Assembly (NCBI RefSeq): GCF_964213995.1
Contig: NW_027590139.1
Location: 124,001 to 188,000 of the forward strand
Direction: 5' to 3'
Origin: Mustelus asterias
Lineage: Eukaryota
Length of the DNA: 64,000 nucleotides
Position 1 is the stretch's first letter. The number at the start of each line of letters is the position of its first letter. The position numbers and the translations under genes are program-made. Under the pieces are notes generated by a model that was given only the letters and a program-made list of their open reading frames with translations, was not told the DNA's origin and searched no databases. Shown here piece by piece: positions 33,227 through 47,029 of this stretch.

Positions 33227-35611
33227 ACAATGTTTGAGTCATTGACTGACAGGCCGGGTTAATGGATGCTGCCTTTCACCTTCTCAATTTGGAGCGGCGG
33301 CTCGCCGTCTTTTATACACTTTAATCATACAGACATTAGCGGTTACTTCGTCATTAGCTTTGGGTGGTGACATGTACTTAGCCAATTGGGCTCCCCTAGC
33401 AACAATTGACCTCCAATCACATTCCTTCAAAAACAACCGTGAACAAAAACCCACAACTTATTGTTTCAGTTCCCCTTTATCTTAAGCTCAGCCGACCATC
33501 TGGACCTCGCGATCTGGTTTTTTTGTCTGTTCCGTACTTTTTATACAATAACAGGATGTAGCTCAAAGGTTAGTTCGTTATTTAGTCAGCAACAGAATGA
33601 TCTTTGTTAACCACAGGATAAGTGCTGGGCACAGCCAGTCCCGTACGCATTAACTTTCAAAGGTCGCAGTCTTAGTTTCACTCCAACACTCATCTCATTT
33701 ATCTAAAATCCAATGAGCATAGATGCACCCTGCCTAACCTTTCCTCAAAAAACAGACCCCTTCATGCCCAAAATCAGCGAGTGAACCTTGTCTGAATTGC
33801 TTCCAATGTAAGTATATTCCATCTTAAGTAATCTTATGCTAGAAAACAGGAGGGGAGAATGTTATGGATTTATATTCAGGTCTGACAAATGACTGTTGGG
33901 GGTGACACAGTGGTTAGCACTTCTGTCTCAAAGCGCCAGAGACCCGGTTCAATTCCAGCCTCGGGTGATTGTCTGTATGGAGTTTGCCCATTCTCCCTCT
34001 GTGTGGGTTTCCTCTGGTTGCTCTGGTTTCCTCCCACACTCCAAAGAGTGGGTTGATCGACCGTGCTAAAGTGTCCCTTTGTGTCCCAAGATGAGGGGGA
34101 AGGAAAGGATTAGTGATGTACGTACATCAGGTTACAGGGATAGGGCCTGAGTAAAGGTGCTCTGTTAGAAACTTGGTGCAGACTCGATGGGCTAAAAGGC
34201 CTCCTTCTGCACTGCAGAGATTCTGTGATTTTGGAATTTCCTTTTACAGATGGTTAGAAGAAGAGGATTTTGACAGCAATCTCAAACCCCCCAAAAAATG
34301 TGTATTTCTTAATTTCAAGCCACAATTGACACATGACTCTTGTAATCTCCTTTTGCAGGGAGTTAGAGTGGGCCAAGCCTGAGGCAGCTGTCGTATGTAT
34401 ATTTATAGAGAGAGAATAGACTAACATTTTGAGTCTGGATGACCCTTTGTCAGAACAAGGGTCATCCAGACTTTAAATGTTGGCTCTACTCTCTCTCCAC
34501 AGATGCTGTCAGACCTGCTGACATTTTCCAGCATTTTCTGTTTCTGTTTTTTCCAGCATCCGCAATATTTTGCCTTTATATGTATTTATATATCCAAATG
34601 TGCTATGTTAACAAAATGGACAGTTACTAACCGAAATATAAAGCATCATGTGATTTAGCTGACTTGACCATATTCCTATAGTTATTCAGTCATTAAAGAC
34701 ACAGTCATGGAGCATTAAACTTGCCGCGCAGGGCCCCTTGTATCAGCACACAGGCAGCTGCTTTGTGAGACTGCGAGCAGCACAGACAAGTCAGAGATAA
34801 GAGTGTCCTGAGAAGAGCGATTCATTGTGAAAGCTCAGGGATGGTTGATAGGATGTAGGAATTCTATGATTCTAATGAACATTCTTTCCTCTCTCATTCC
34901 CCAAAAGCTGTAAATCTCCATCCCACTCACTCTCCCTCCATTCTCACTCTGCTGTATCTAATATTCACCCTCCCAATTCTCCTGAAGGTGCTGATTGAGG
35001 CTGATTGACAGATCCATGCTCACTGCTTCCTGTCCACCACACACAAATCATAAGAAACAGGAGCTGCAGTTGGCCATTCAGCCCATCGAACTGCCTCAAC
35101 CATTCATTGAGAATTGGCTGATCTACCGCAGCATCATTTCCCACGTTATCCCCCAGATAGAGAGAGAATAGAGCCAATGTTTCGAGTCTGGAGAGAGGAA
35201 AGAATGTTCCATAGAAACTAGAATTGTCTGTTCTGAATTTCTATCCTGCACTGACACTGATGACCTCTGTAAACTTGTTTTACAGGATACTGAAAGAGGA
35301 ATCACAGACCGAAATCTCAGACGTTGTGTCTAGATCTGACAGAGTCATATTCCTTAGGACCTGAATATCATCGGCCTTTGAATCGAGGAGAAATGGTTGT
35401 CCGGTCTGATGACTTGAAAAGATTTCAAACATTAATGTGACTGGAAAAGCGCCAACACGCTGCCACACTGGAGTGAGTGTGTTCCAGTGCACTGAGCTTG
35501 AACCAGTTACACAGCCTGAATAAATATCACACCATTCACAGCGGGGGTGGGGGGACTGTTCTGTGTGTGGACGAGTCTTCAACTGAAGAGAGAGGAAAAG
35601 ACACCTGCACC

Positions 35612-36202
35612 ATGGAGAAACCATGGAAATGTGGGGACTGTGGGAAGGGATGCAGAGCCCCATCTCAGCTGGAAGTTCATCGGCGCAGCCACACTGGGGA
35701 GAGACCATTCACCTGCTCTCAGTGTGAGAAGGGATTCACTGATTTATCCACCCTGCGGACACACCAGCGAGTTCACACTGGGGAGAGACCATTCACCTGC
35801 TCTCAGTGTGAGAAGGGGTTCAGTCAATTAGCTAACCTGCAGAAACACCAGCGAGTTCACACTGGGGAGAGACCATTCACCTGCTCTCAGTGTGGGAAGG
35901 GATTCACTCAGTTATGCAGCCTGCAGACGCACCAGCGACTTCACACTGGGGAGAGGCCATTCACCTGCTCTCAGTGTGAGAAGGGGTTCAGTCAATTAGC
36001 TCACCTGCAGAAACACCAGCGAATTCACACTGGGGAGAGACCATTCACCTGCTCTCAGTGTGGGAAGGGATTCACTCAGTTATCCAGCCTGCAGACGCAC
36101 CAGCGACTTCACACTGGGGAGAGGCCGTTCACCTGCTCTCAGTGTGGGAAGGGGTTCAGAGCTTCATCCCACCTGCTGAGACACCAAAACGCTCACGAGT
36201 GA
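35612..36202 (+). CDS. C2H2 zinc-finger protein ZNF-B (7 fingers)
   Basis: [12 protein letters not shown]... 196 aa. The terminal exon starts at 35286 (tttacag). Confidence 0.9.
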   Translation: MEKPWKCGDCGKGCRAPSQLEVHRRSHTGERPFTCSQCEKGFTDLSTLRTHQRVHTGERPFTCSQCEKGFSQLANLQKHQRVHTGERPFTCSQCGKGFTQLCSLQTHQRLHTGERPFTCSQCEKGFSQLAHLQKHQRIHTGERPFTCSQCGKGFTQLSSLQTHQRLHTGERPFTCSQCGKGFRASSHLLRHQNAHE

Positions 36203-37026
36203 TTCCAGAGGTTGGATTCTGCTGTTATTGTTTCTGCTCTCAATTACATCCAGGACTGCATTTTGTTCATTCTCACAGTTGGTCAATGGGGAGGGTCGGA
36301 GGGTTTCTTTCTGCTGGACTGGCCGGTCTCATGACTTTGCCTCCAGTGGGCTGATGCTCTTTGAGTCTTGTTGTGAATATCTGGTATCAGATTTCGCAAG
36401 GATCACAGAGTGACAGGGTGTTAGGAAGTTCAGAGATATTTAGTCAGCATTTCTGTTTGAAACCTCCCAATGCCCATCCAATTTCCTTTGTAATTGTTTA
36501 TTGTCTCCATTTCCTCCATCCTCCTCGGCAGCGAGTTCCAGGTCATTACCATTCACTCCATCAAAATATTCTTCCTCACATCCCCCCTTCCTCTCTGACC
36601 CAAAACCATAAATCTGTGTCCCCCTCATCCTTGTCCCATCAGCTAATGGGAACAGCTTTTCTTTGTCCACCTTATCTAAACCTGTCAGAATCTCGTTCAC
36701 CTCTATCAAATCTCCCCTCAACCTCCTTTGCTCCAAGAGGAACAACCCTAGCCTGACATCGACAATAAAGATCAAACTAACAGAATATGTTAATACCTGA
36801 AATCAAATGGGAATGTTTAATTTCTGTTTTAAAGAAATAATGAATATATTGTCACGTACAATAAAAGGATTTGAATAACTCAGCTTGGGTGCAGTTGAAT
36901 GAATTGTATCAATCTCGTATCCACCCACAGTCTAGAGGAAGTGTGGAATGTGTAGCTGGAAATCCCTCCCTAACAGCACTGTGGGTGTACTTACACCTCA
37001 GGCATTATAGCAGTTCAGGAAGGCAG

Positions 37027-37318
37027 TGTTGGCGCTGATCGTGGCCGAGGCAGCTACATACAGCCACATATTCTGTTATAATTGAAGGACAGCAGATTGA
37101 ATGTGAGGCATTATGGGACTGGACTATCTTGACCACATTCCTGTGACTGCTCAGTTTCTGCAATCACGGACCATTAAAGCTGCTTAGCAGGGCCCCGACA
37201 GAGGACCTGGTGAGAATATTTACTCAGAATGAGTTAGAATTAAACTTATTCCAGGACCGGCTGGTGTTCAGTGGCTGAGATTCCTGAATCTGTAAAAAGG
37301 GGGTCTGACCAATCAACA
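37027..37318 (+). mobile_element. Putative LTR (292 bp) with short internal stub
   Basis: TGTTG...CAACA termini, ATTAAA, followed by aacagTGG. It interrupts a LINE tail; an inverted paralog lies at 49934-50553. Confidence 0.55.
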
Positions 37319-37499
37319 AACAGTGGTAGGTAGTTCAGAAGCGTTCTCATGCATTGTTTAAATTATTTTATCATAAATTTGTGATTAGAACTGTGAGGGA
37401 CTTGTAACCCAATAGTTGTTGAATTGACGGTAAACACCAAGTAGCACTGGACTGAAAAGGGGGTCTGACCAAGAAGTGAAGTGATCTCAGGCATTGTTT

Positions 37500-38075
37500 A
37501 AATTACATCATCATTGGCCAATTTCCCCTTTGTGACATCACAGTGGAGCCATCCTTGAATTAGCCAATAGGAATCACTCTGCTCCGCGGTGACGTCTCCG
37601 GGTTCCAGTGCGCAGGCCCGGCCGCGCGGACCCGGGAGCCCCGCCCCCACCCATTGTTCCCCTCCCCCTACACCACATCGAGCCAAGGTTTCCAGGTAAC
37701 CGGCTGGCGGCTCCGGCCAGAGCGAGAAGCCGCTCAGTGATCTCCCCCTCCCCCCGGCCAAGGACGGCGGCTGTCCAAGGGAGAAGCGCATGTCCAGGGG
37801 AGAGTCCATCCCCTGCCCTTCTGAGGTGTTCACTAATAGGAAGAGTTGGAGGACCGAAAGGACTCTGGTTCTCCAGCTCATCAGAGCGCCGGCTTTGCGT
37901 GAATGAAGATTGCGCTTCAGACAGACTGAAACTTCCTCCTGTCTCCAACATCTGAGAGTAAAACACTTTCTTTTCTCCCCCTTTCCATTTCTTTTCTCAT
38001 TCTGGGGGAAATTGGGGACTTGCAGCAACTGAAGGAAGGAAGTGAATCCAGGGAGGGTGCAGACTCCGGAAAGGT
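37500..38075 (+). promoter_or_regulatory. CpG promoter/first exon of ZNF-C
   Basis: CCAAT boxes, GC box and CpG-rich core; paralogous to 53.7-54.3 kb. Confidence 0.65.
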
Positions 38076-38533
38076 TGGCCCAGGTCTCTCTCTCTTAAAG
38101 ACATTGACATCCTTTGCTCCCTCAGCTTGACACATCTATTTGTCTGGCTAAAAGGATGGTCTCTTTCCTAATGTTCACAATTGAAGGGCTGCTTTCCCCA
38201 GGAGATGGCTGACATTTAAGGGGACAGTAAATTAATATAGGACAGAGATATGTCCAGTGTTGTTGTATCAGACAGGTTTATTCCTGGTCCTGCAATAAAT
38301 GCATTTATCATTCCAATCTTGTCATATTGTACTGTAGCTGCATTATATATTTCCAGTTATAGAGTCATTACAGCACAGAAGGAGTCCATTGGACAACTCG
38401 AGTCCATGCCGACTCTCACAGTAACTTCATAGTTTTTTTGCACTTTTTTCATGATTTTCAAGTGACTTCATTGCAGTGTTAATGTAAGCCTCCTTGTGAC
38501 ACTAATTAATAAACAATCAAAACTAAACTATAA

Positions 38534-39290
38534 ACCGCCTTGGCGAACACTTACCCGAAGATCAGAGGCTGAATGCCCTTGATCTTCGGGTAAATGTTCT
38601 CCAAGGCGGCCTTCAAGACTCACGACAGTGCAGAATCGCTGAGCAGAAACTGATAGCCAAGTTCCGCACACACGAGGACGGTCTCAACCAGGATCTTGGG
38701 TTCATGTCACACTATCTGTAACCACCACAACTTGCTGGGCTTGCAAAATCTCACTAACTCTCCTGGCTTGAGACAATTCAGTAAGAAGTTTAACAACACC
38801 AGGTTAAAGTCCAACAGGTTTATTTGGTCGCAAAAGCCACACAAGCTTTCGGAGCTCCAAGCCCCTTCTTCAGGTGAGTGGGAATTCTGTTCACAAACAG
38901 GGCATATAAAGACACAGACTCAATTTACATGAATAATGGTTGGAATGCAAATACTTACAGCTAATCAAGTCTTTAAGATACAAACAACGTGAGACAATTG
39001 AGACAACATTGAGACAATTCACACCTCTTTAACCTGTGCTTAACCCTCTCTCCACTCACATTGTACCTGGAAAGACTTGATTACCTGTTAAGACTTGCAT
39101 TCCAACCATTATCGTATAATGGAGTTTGTGTCTATATATGCCCTGTTTGCGAACCAAATCCTGCACACAGCTGATGAAGGAGCAGTGCTCCGAAAGCTCC
39201 TGCTACTAATAAACCTGTTGGACTTTAACCTGGTGTTGTGAAACTTCTTACTGTGTCTACCCCAGTCCAACGCCGACATCTCCACACCCA
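38534..39290 (+). mobile_element. Penelope-like element 3' part with inverted segments
   Basis: The ...IAEQKLIAKFRTHEDGLNQDLGFMSHY ORF end matches GIY-YIG C-termini. There is a 5' fold-back at 38534-38610 and a nested inverted pseudo-LTR. Confidence 0.75.
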
Positions 39291-39525
39291 GGACAGGAAG
39301 CAGTGAGCATGGATCTGTCAATCAGCCTGAATCAGCACCTTTTGAAGAATTGGTAGGGTGAATATTAGATACAGCAGAGTGAGAATGGAGGGAGAGTGTG
39401 TGGGATGGAGATTTACAGCTTTTGGGGAATGAGAGAGGAAAGAATGTTCCATAGAAACTAGAATTGTCTGTTCTGAATTTCTATCCTGTACTAACACTGA
39501 TGAATCTTTTAAACTCCTTTTGCAG

Positions 39526-41600
39526 GATAGATTTGCAGAAGGTGAGGATTTACAGGCAGAAATCTCAAATCAAACAACACATCAAGACCTGACAGAGTTA
39601 TTCATTTGATCAGGACCTGAATATCATTGGCCTTTGAATCTAAAAGGAGAAATCTTTTTCTGTTCTGTCTGCTTCAGAATTTTTTTTAACATAAATGTAA
39701 CTGAAAAATCACTGAGACACAGATACACCCGAGTGAGTGTGTTCCAGTGTACTGTGTGGGAAGAGATTTAACCAGTTACACAGCCTGAAAATACACCGCA
39801 GCATTCACAGAGGGGAGAGACTGTACCCGTGTTCTGTGTGAGATTTAACTGATTGTTTAACCTGGAGAGTCACAAGAACACCCGCACCAGGGGGAAACCG
39901 TGGAAATGTGGGGACTGTGGGAGGCGATTCAGGGTCCCATCACGGCTGGAATCTCATCGACACATTCACACTGAGGAGCGGCCATTCACCTGCTCTGTGT
40001 GCGGGAAGGGATTCACTCAGTTCTCCAGCCTGCAGAAACACAATCTCACCCACACCAATGAGGGATCCTTTAAATGCTCTGACTGTAGCATTGGCTTCAA
40101 AACCTCTGGAGAACCAGTGTCCCACCAGGTGTCACACTGAGGAGAGACCGTTCAGCTGCTCTCACTGCAGAAAGAGGTTTAAAAGCTCACCCAATCTGCA
40201 GAGACACCAGCGAGTTCACACTGGGGAGAGACCATTCACCTGTTCTGACTGTGGGAAGGGATTCACTCAGTTATCCCACCTGCTGAGTCATAATCTCACA
40301 CCAATGAGAGATAGAACCATAGAAAATTACAGCTCAGCAACAGGCCTTTTGGCCCTTCTTGTCTGTGCCGAACCATTTTATGCCGAGTCCCACTGACCTG
40401 CACTTGGACCATATCCCTCCACACCCCTCTCATCCATGAACCCGTCCAAGTTTTTCTTAAATGTTAAAAGCATTTACCACTTTATCCGGCAGCTCATTCC
40501 ACACTCCCACCACTCTCTGCGTGAAGAAGCCCCCCCTAATATTCCCTTTAAACTTTTCTCATTTCACCCTTAACCCATGCCCTCTGGTTTTTTTCTCCCC
40601 TAGCCTCAGCGGAAAAAGCCTGCTTGCATTCACTCTATCTATACCCGTCAAAATCTTATACACCTCTATCAAATCTCCCCTCAATCTTCTACGCTCCAGG
40701 GAATAAAGTCCCAACCTATTCAATCTCTGTCTGTAACTCTGCTTCTCAAGTCCCGGCAACATCCTTGTGAACCTTCTCTGCACTTTTTCAAACTTATTTA
40801 CATCCTTCCTGTAACTAGGTGACCAAAACTGTACACAATACTCCAAATTCGGCCTCACCAATGCCTTATATAACCTTACCATAACACTCCAACTTTTATA
40901 CTCGATACTCCGATTTATAAAGGCCAATGTACCAAAGGCACTCTTTACGACCCTATCCACCTGTGACGTCACTTTTAGGGAATTCTGTACCTGTATTCCC
41001 AGATCCCTCTGTTCAACTGCACTCTTCAGAGTCCTACCATTTACCGAGTACGTTCTTCTTTGGTTTGTCCTTCCAAAGTGCAATATCTCACACTTGTCTG
41101 CGTTAAATTCCATTTGCTTTAAATGCTCTGACTGTGGGAGCAGATTCAAAAGCTCTGGAGAACTGGTGTCCCACCAGCGAGTTCACACAGGGGGAGAGAC
41201 CATTCACCTGCTCTTTGTGTGGGAAGGGATTCACTCAGTCATCCAGCCTGCTCAGACACAAAGTCACTCACACCAATCTGAGACCTTTCAAATGCTCTGA
41301 CTGTGGAAGTGGCTTCAAAAGCTCTGACGAGCTGATGTCCCAACAGCGCATTCACACTGAGGAGAGACCGTTCAGCTGCTCTCACTGCTCAAAGAGATTT
41401 AGAATATCTTCAGCACTGCTGAAACACCAGCGAGTTCACACTGGGGAGCTGCTCTCAGTGTGGGAAGGGATTCACTGAGTCATCCAACCCATGGGGACTT
41501 CAGTGAGTTCACACTGGGCAGAGGCTGGTCACCTGCTCTGACTGTGATTCACTCAGTCAGCAAACTTGGTGAAACACCAGTGAGTTCACAAGTGATTACA
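39526..41600 (+). pseudogene. ZNF-C, frameshifted C2H2 zinc-finger pseudogene interrupted by CR1
   Basis: Fingers lie in shifting frames (ORFs 39853, 39908, 41094, 41134). The initiator of the paralogs is changed to AGG; CR1 sits in a linker. Confidence 0.88.
40310..41117 (-). mobile_element. CR1 3' fragment inserted in ZNF-C
   Basis: ORF 40559..41149; junctions aatgagaga|...|tttaaatgctct rebuild NERPFKC. Confidence 0.93.
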
Positions 41601-42104
41601 GTTCTGGGATTATTCTTGAGAATCTTTCTTGCCCCTTCTCCAGTGCCTCTATTTCCTTTTTCTAAATGGAGATCACAAATAGAACGTAGAACAGTACAGC
41701 ACAGGAACAGACCCTTCAGCCCACCATGTTGCGTTAAACATGATGCCAAATTAAACTAATCCCTTCTGCCTGCCCTTGGTCCATATTCCTCTATTCCTTA
41801 CAAATTCCTGTGCTTATCTAAAAGCCCCTATTGTATCTGCCTCCACCACCACCCCTGGCAGTACAGGGAATCCCTGTAACTCTTTCCTCCCCAGCTGTTG
41901 CTAAACCTCAGACTGCCTGTCGTTCTGCTAATTAACCCAGAACCCCTTCCACACCATTTGTTAGTGGTTTCTCCGACAAGGTGGCAATTATACTCCGGAA
42001 ACCAATGTCACAGTATAAAGGTAAAACTTCATTAAAAACCAGTGATCAATGGGAGAAATTATATTGATGGTCTCAGATACAGAATACCCAGACCGTTCTA
42101 ATGT

Positions 42105-42845
42105 AATCATAAGACCATAAGATATAGGAGCAGAATTAGGCCATTTGGCCCGTCAAATCTGCTCTGCCATTCAATCATGGCTGATCTGATTCTTGTCCCC
42201 ATTCTCCTGTCTTCTCCCCGTAACCCTTGATCCAGCTATTAATCAAGAACCTGCCTATCTCTCTCTTAAAGACACTCAATGACATGGTCTCCACAGCTCT
42301 CCTTCCAAAGATTCACCACTCTGGCTGAAGAAATTCCTCCTCATCTGTTTTAAAGGATCATCCCTTCACTCTGAAGTTGTGCCCTCGAGTTCTACACTCT
42401 CCCACTAGTGGAAACATCCTCTCCACATCCACTCTCTCCAGGCCTCTCAGTATTCTGTAAGTTTCAATTAGATCCCCCCCCCCCCCCTCATCCTTCCAAA
42501 CTCCAATGAGTACAGACCCAGAGTCCTCAACCGTTCCTCATACGACAAGCTCTTCATTCCAGGGATCATTCTTGTGAACCTCCTCTGGACCCCTTCCAAG
42601 GCCAGCACATCCTTCCTTAGATAAGGGGCCCAAAACTGCTCACAATACTCCAAATGGGGTCTGACCAGAGCCTTAGACAGCCTCAGAAGTACATCCCTGC
42701 TCTTGTATTCTCGCCCTCTCGACATGAATGCTAACATTGCATTTGCCTTCCAAACTGTCAACTGAACCTGCATGTTAACCTTCAGAGAGTCCTGAACCAG
42801 AACTTACAAGTCCCTTTGTGCTTCTGATTTCCTAAGCATTTCCCC
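42105..42845 (-). mobile_element. CR1 3' fragment
   Basis: ORF 42468..42773. Confidence 0.9.
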
Positions 42846-43374
42846 AGACCACAATCCCATCAGGCCCTATCCCCATAACACCACTTATTTACCCTGCTCG
42901 TTCCGCTGACATGAAGGGACAATTTACTATGGCCAATCAACCTAACCTGCCAATCTTGGACTGAGGGAAGAAACTGGAGCACCCGGATGAAACCCACATA
43001 GACATGGGGAAAATGTGCAAACTCCACACAGACAGTCACCCAAGGCCAGAATTGAACCCGAGTCCTTGGCGCTGTGAGGCAGCAGTGCTAACAACTGTGC
43101 CACCATGCCAACCTTTATATTCTTCAGTGCAGTTCCACTGTGTACTGTCGGATGTCAGTTCCTTCACAATTTACAAACCACCTCTGCAATCTCACATCGG
43201 TGTTCCAACTCCTTCTTTAACCCTCTGTTGGAGTCTCACGCTCATAAGCCATCTTCACACATGTCCCTTCCTGTTAAACGTTGCCTCTCATTTTATTTTT
43301 AACCAGACAGTGTACTTTTGTCATGCTTGTTGGCATCTCTTTTCCCTCTCCAACAAATCATTGTTTTACATTTG

Positions 43375-43800
43375 TCATAGAAGTCATAGAAGTCATAGAA
43401 ACCCTACAGTGCAGAAGGAGGCCATTCGGCCCATCGAGTCTGCACCGACCACATTCCCACCCAGGCCCTACCCCCACATATTTACCCGCTAATCCCTCTA
43501 ACCTATGCATCTCAGGACTCTAAGGGGCAATTTTTAACCTGGCCAATCAACCTAACCCGCACATCTTTGGACTGTGGGAGGAAACAGGAGCACCCGGAGG
43601 AAACCCACGCAGACACGAGGAGAACATGCAAACTCCACACAGACAGTGACCCGAGCCGGGAATCGAACCCAGGACCCTGGAGCTGTGAAGCAGCAGTGCT
43701 AACCACTGTGCTACCGTGCCGCCCCAACCACTGTGCTACCGTGCCGCCCCAACCACTGTGCTACCGTGCCGCCCCAACCACTGTGCTACCGTGCCGCCCC
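43375..43800 (-). mobile_element. Young V-SINE with tandemly quadruplicated 5' end
   Basis: Full SINE; 43701-43800 = 4 x aaccactgtgctaccgtgccgcccc. Confidence 0.9.
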
Positions 43801-46800
43801 TTTGTGGAAGGTTTATCAGGTCTTTTGGGATTGTGCTGTGTTTTTTACCAATCAGTTTCATCATCCTAGATTCCACTTTCTTACAAAAGAAGCACCATTA
43901 AATAATTCTGTCAGAATCTTCAGAAGAAAGTCAAAAGTCAGAGTCAAAGGGGTTCTTCATCTCAATGTCTTTGCTTATTTCCCCCTGTACAGTCCCAATG
44001 TGTCAGATGGTGGCCAGATTATCAAATTCAGTTCTCTCAAATAGTTCATAGACAAAGAAACAAATATCTCCAAGAGAAAACTGTCACCTCATTCATCTCA
44101 TCTAGATTTCCCTTTCACTCAAATCTTCATAAACACCCAAATGTATGGATTGCTTTAAACTACACTTTCAGGAGTTCTGGAGAATCTTTGGAGTCAAATA
44201 AATCATTAAGTATTCTCATAATATCTTTTAACAGAAACCGAACATTTCTGTTTGATTCCAGGCATTATCAATTTTGTTCTTTCCCTTAAACACCAGGTAA
44301 TTTCCATTTTAAATGCTTGAAATAGCAACTCATGTCAGATATTTATCAATTCCAATATCAAAAGCAGGCTTGTTGGCTTTCTGAAAGGTAAAGTCTTTTA
44401 TTCTCTGCTTTAATTCTCAAAACTGCGGCCTCCACTCGGATTGTTTGTGAGTGAAACCGTCATCACCTGTTTAAAAAAACAATCCATCTGGCTCTGGCCA
44501 AGATCCCAGTGAGTTAATATGTCCAATCATAGGTTACATTAAAAAACAAAGGCTGTTTGGAGATTTATAAAAATCAACTGTCTGCTGAAAGGGTTAACTT
44601 CTCTGTGGAACCGAGAGAGGCGGGGAGTGGGCAGAGGAAACTTGGCAATTGCATCAACTTACATAGTTTAAAAAACTTCTCTCATGTCATTTTCTTCAAT
44701 TTTGCTCAAATTTCATCTCTTTTGTCTGTCTTTTTTGTAAATGCCAATTTCCAATATTTGCTACTTAATCGAAGTTGAAAGAAATACTTTGTGAAATATG
44801 TTGTTAACCGAATCTCAACAATTTTAACTCAAATGTTTTGGAAAGTTGGAACTGGTTTGCTGCCAAACTGCAGCCTTATCTTTGTGTTTTGGGAGCAAAT
44901 TGGCCTTCACAATTCTAACCTTGAACAACTTAATTTCAAACCCAAATACATTCCTTTCACATTTTAGTACAGTCTGAGTTTATTTCAAACAGAAACACAC
45001 GGCATTTCAAATTATATTAATTGCTACTCCCTTTCCAAACTAAGTCTTCGAATCTATGATACTTGCAAAAAACACGCTGCTTTAAGAATTCCTTCAACTG
45101 GGCAAACCAACTTGGAGTAAGGGTTGTGGATCATGATGGTGCAGAAGTCATGGCTAACCTCACACACCTGCATTCCCTTATCACACAGGAGAGGCAGAGG
45201 AGAGGGAGGAGTGCTTTCAGTGGCCTTGGTTTTGGAGAAAACAACTACATCTTCTCACTGGTGACTGATTTGTGTCTCAGGTTGTTTGATTTTAGCTAAA
45301 CACGGGGAGTGGTCTGCTTCAGGGAGGTGTCACTTTGTGGCTGAATTCACTTCCTCAAAGTCCCCATGGCATCTTCTAACTCTTCACTTGATCTGATATT
45401 TTCTGACTGTAAATCAATATCTTGTTCCAAAGTTTGGCCAAACTCTGAGATTTTTCTGAGCTCCACTCACCCTATCATCTGCCCCCTGTTCCCAATGTAA
45501 CTGATTGTCCAGGTCAGACGTGCTCTCCTGCCAGCAATCAGCTCCATTCTGCAGCTTATCCACCAATTCCCTCAACTCTTTATATTTTGTACTCAGCTGT
45601 GAGGCAACAGGTTTCCAATGTAACTAAATTAATTTATTCTGGACTTTTTCCAACTCACTATTTCCTTTCTGAATCTCTTTAGAAAACCTATCAAGGACCC
45701 GCTCGTAATCTCCGTCACATTCTTCTCCACCTCCCAGGGTATCTTTTGCTCCTGATGCCCTTGACTCCATTGTCAAACTGTCAGTCACATTGTAGCAGAT
45801 GCCAAAGCCATTGTTGTATTTGCTTTTTTGAGGCAGCAGTGCGAACCACTGTGTCACTGGATGGAATGCTGGCCCAGTGGAGAGAAACATAGAAACTAGA
45901 AGCAGGAGTAGGCCATTCGGCCCCTTGAGCCTGCTCCACCATTCATCTTGATCATGGCTGATCATTGAATTCAATTTCCTGATTCGCCCCTTCCTTCCAT
46001 ATCCCTTGATCCCTTTAGCCCCAAGAGTATATCTCATATCTTCTTGAAATCAGACAATGTTTTGGCCTCAACTATCGGGTGACATGGTGGCACAGTGGTT
46101 AGCACTGCTACCTCACAGCGTCAGGCATTTAATTCCAGCCTTGGGTGAGTGTCTGTTTGGAATTTGCATGTTTTCCCTGTGTCTGCGTGGGCTTCCTCCG
46201 GGTGCTCCAGTTTCCACCCACAGACCAAAGATGCCCAGGTTCAGTGGATTTGCAATATTGAATTCCCTCTTAGTATCCCAAGCTGTGTGGGTTAGATAGG
46301 TTAGCCATGGTAACTGTGTGAGATTACAGGGATAGGGCAGGGGAGAGGGCCTGGGTAAGGTGCTCTGTTAGAGAGATGCTGCAGACTCGATGGTCCGAAT
46401 GGTCCCTTCTGTACTGGAGGGACTCTATGATTCAATGAACACAGGAATGGTCAGAATCATTTCACATGTCCCAAATTTTAAATCACCATTACAATTAAAA
46501 CTCTCTCATACTCACATGTGTGAGTTTGAATCCGAATTAAAATTCCCACAAGTTTAGCAAAGTATCCTGGAATCATGTCTCTGGCCAGTAAATGTGGCTC
46601 CAGGTTCACAACTTTTGTGAAAAAAAGCTTTATTAATTACACGTCCTTTATTTAAATCTGTTTGATTTAAATCACAGACAGAAAACCTGAAAGCTTGAAG
46701 CATTCAACCCACAAATATCATCCATACACAAGCAGAGAAACTTAGCATGTGCTTTACAACAATAACTGAAATTAATTCCTGAAGCGTTCTTGTGGTTCTG

Positions 46801-47029
46801 TTTCTAAACTTCGAGAAATGCCTTTAATTAAAGACTCAAGGTAAGGTTAATTCCCCAGAAAGATAAACCTTAACAAATGTAGCCCAAAACAATAATAAAA
46901 CACATCTACAAACATCCACATAAAACAAATGAAACACACAGGTTCTCACAGCTCGTAAATTTCAAACAATGAATCCTCAGCATTCTCTCTCGCAGCTATA
47001 GCTTCTTAAAGTGACAGAACATCACAAAA

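Noticed and set aside
43701-43800. CRISPR-like array
   Set aside because: Contiguous repeats without spacers, SINE-derived, in a eukaryotic genome.
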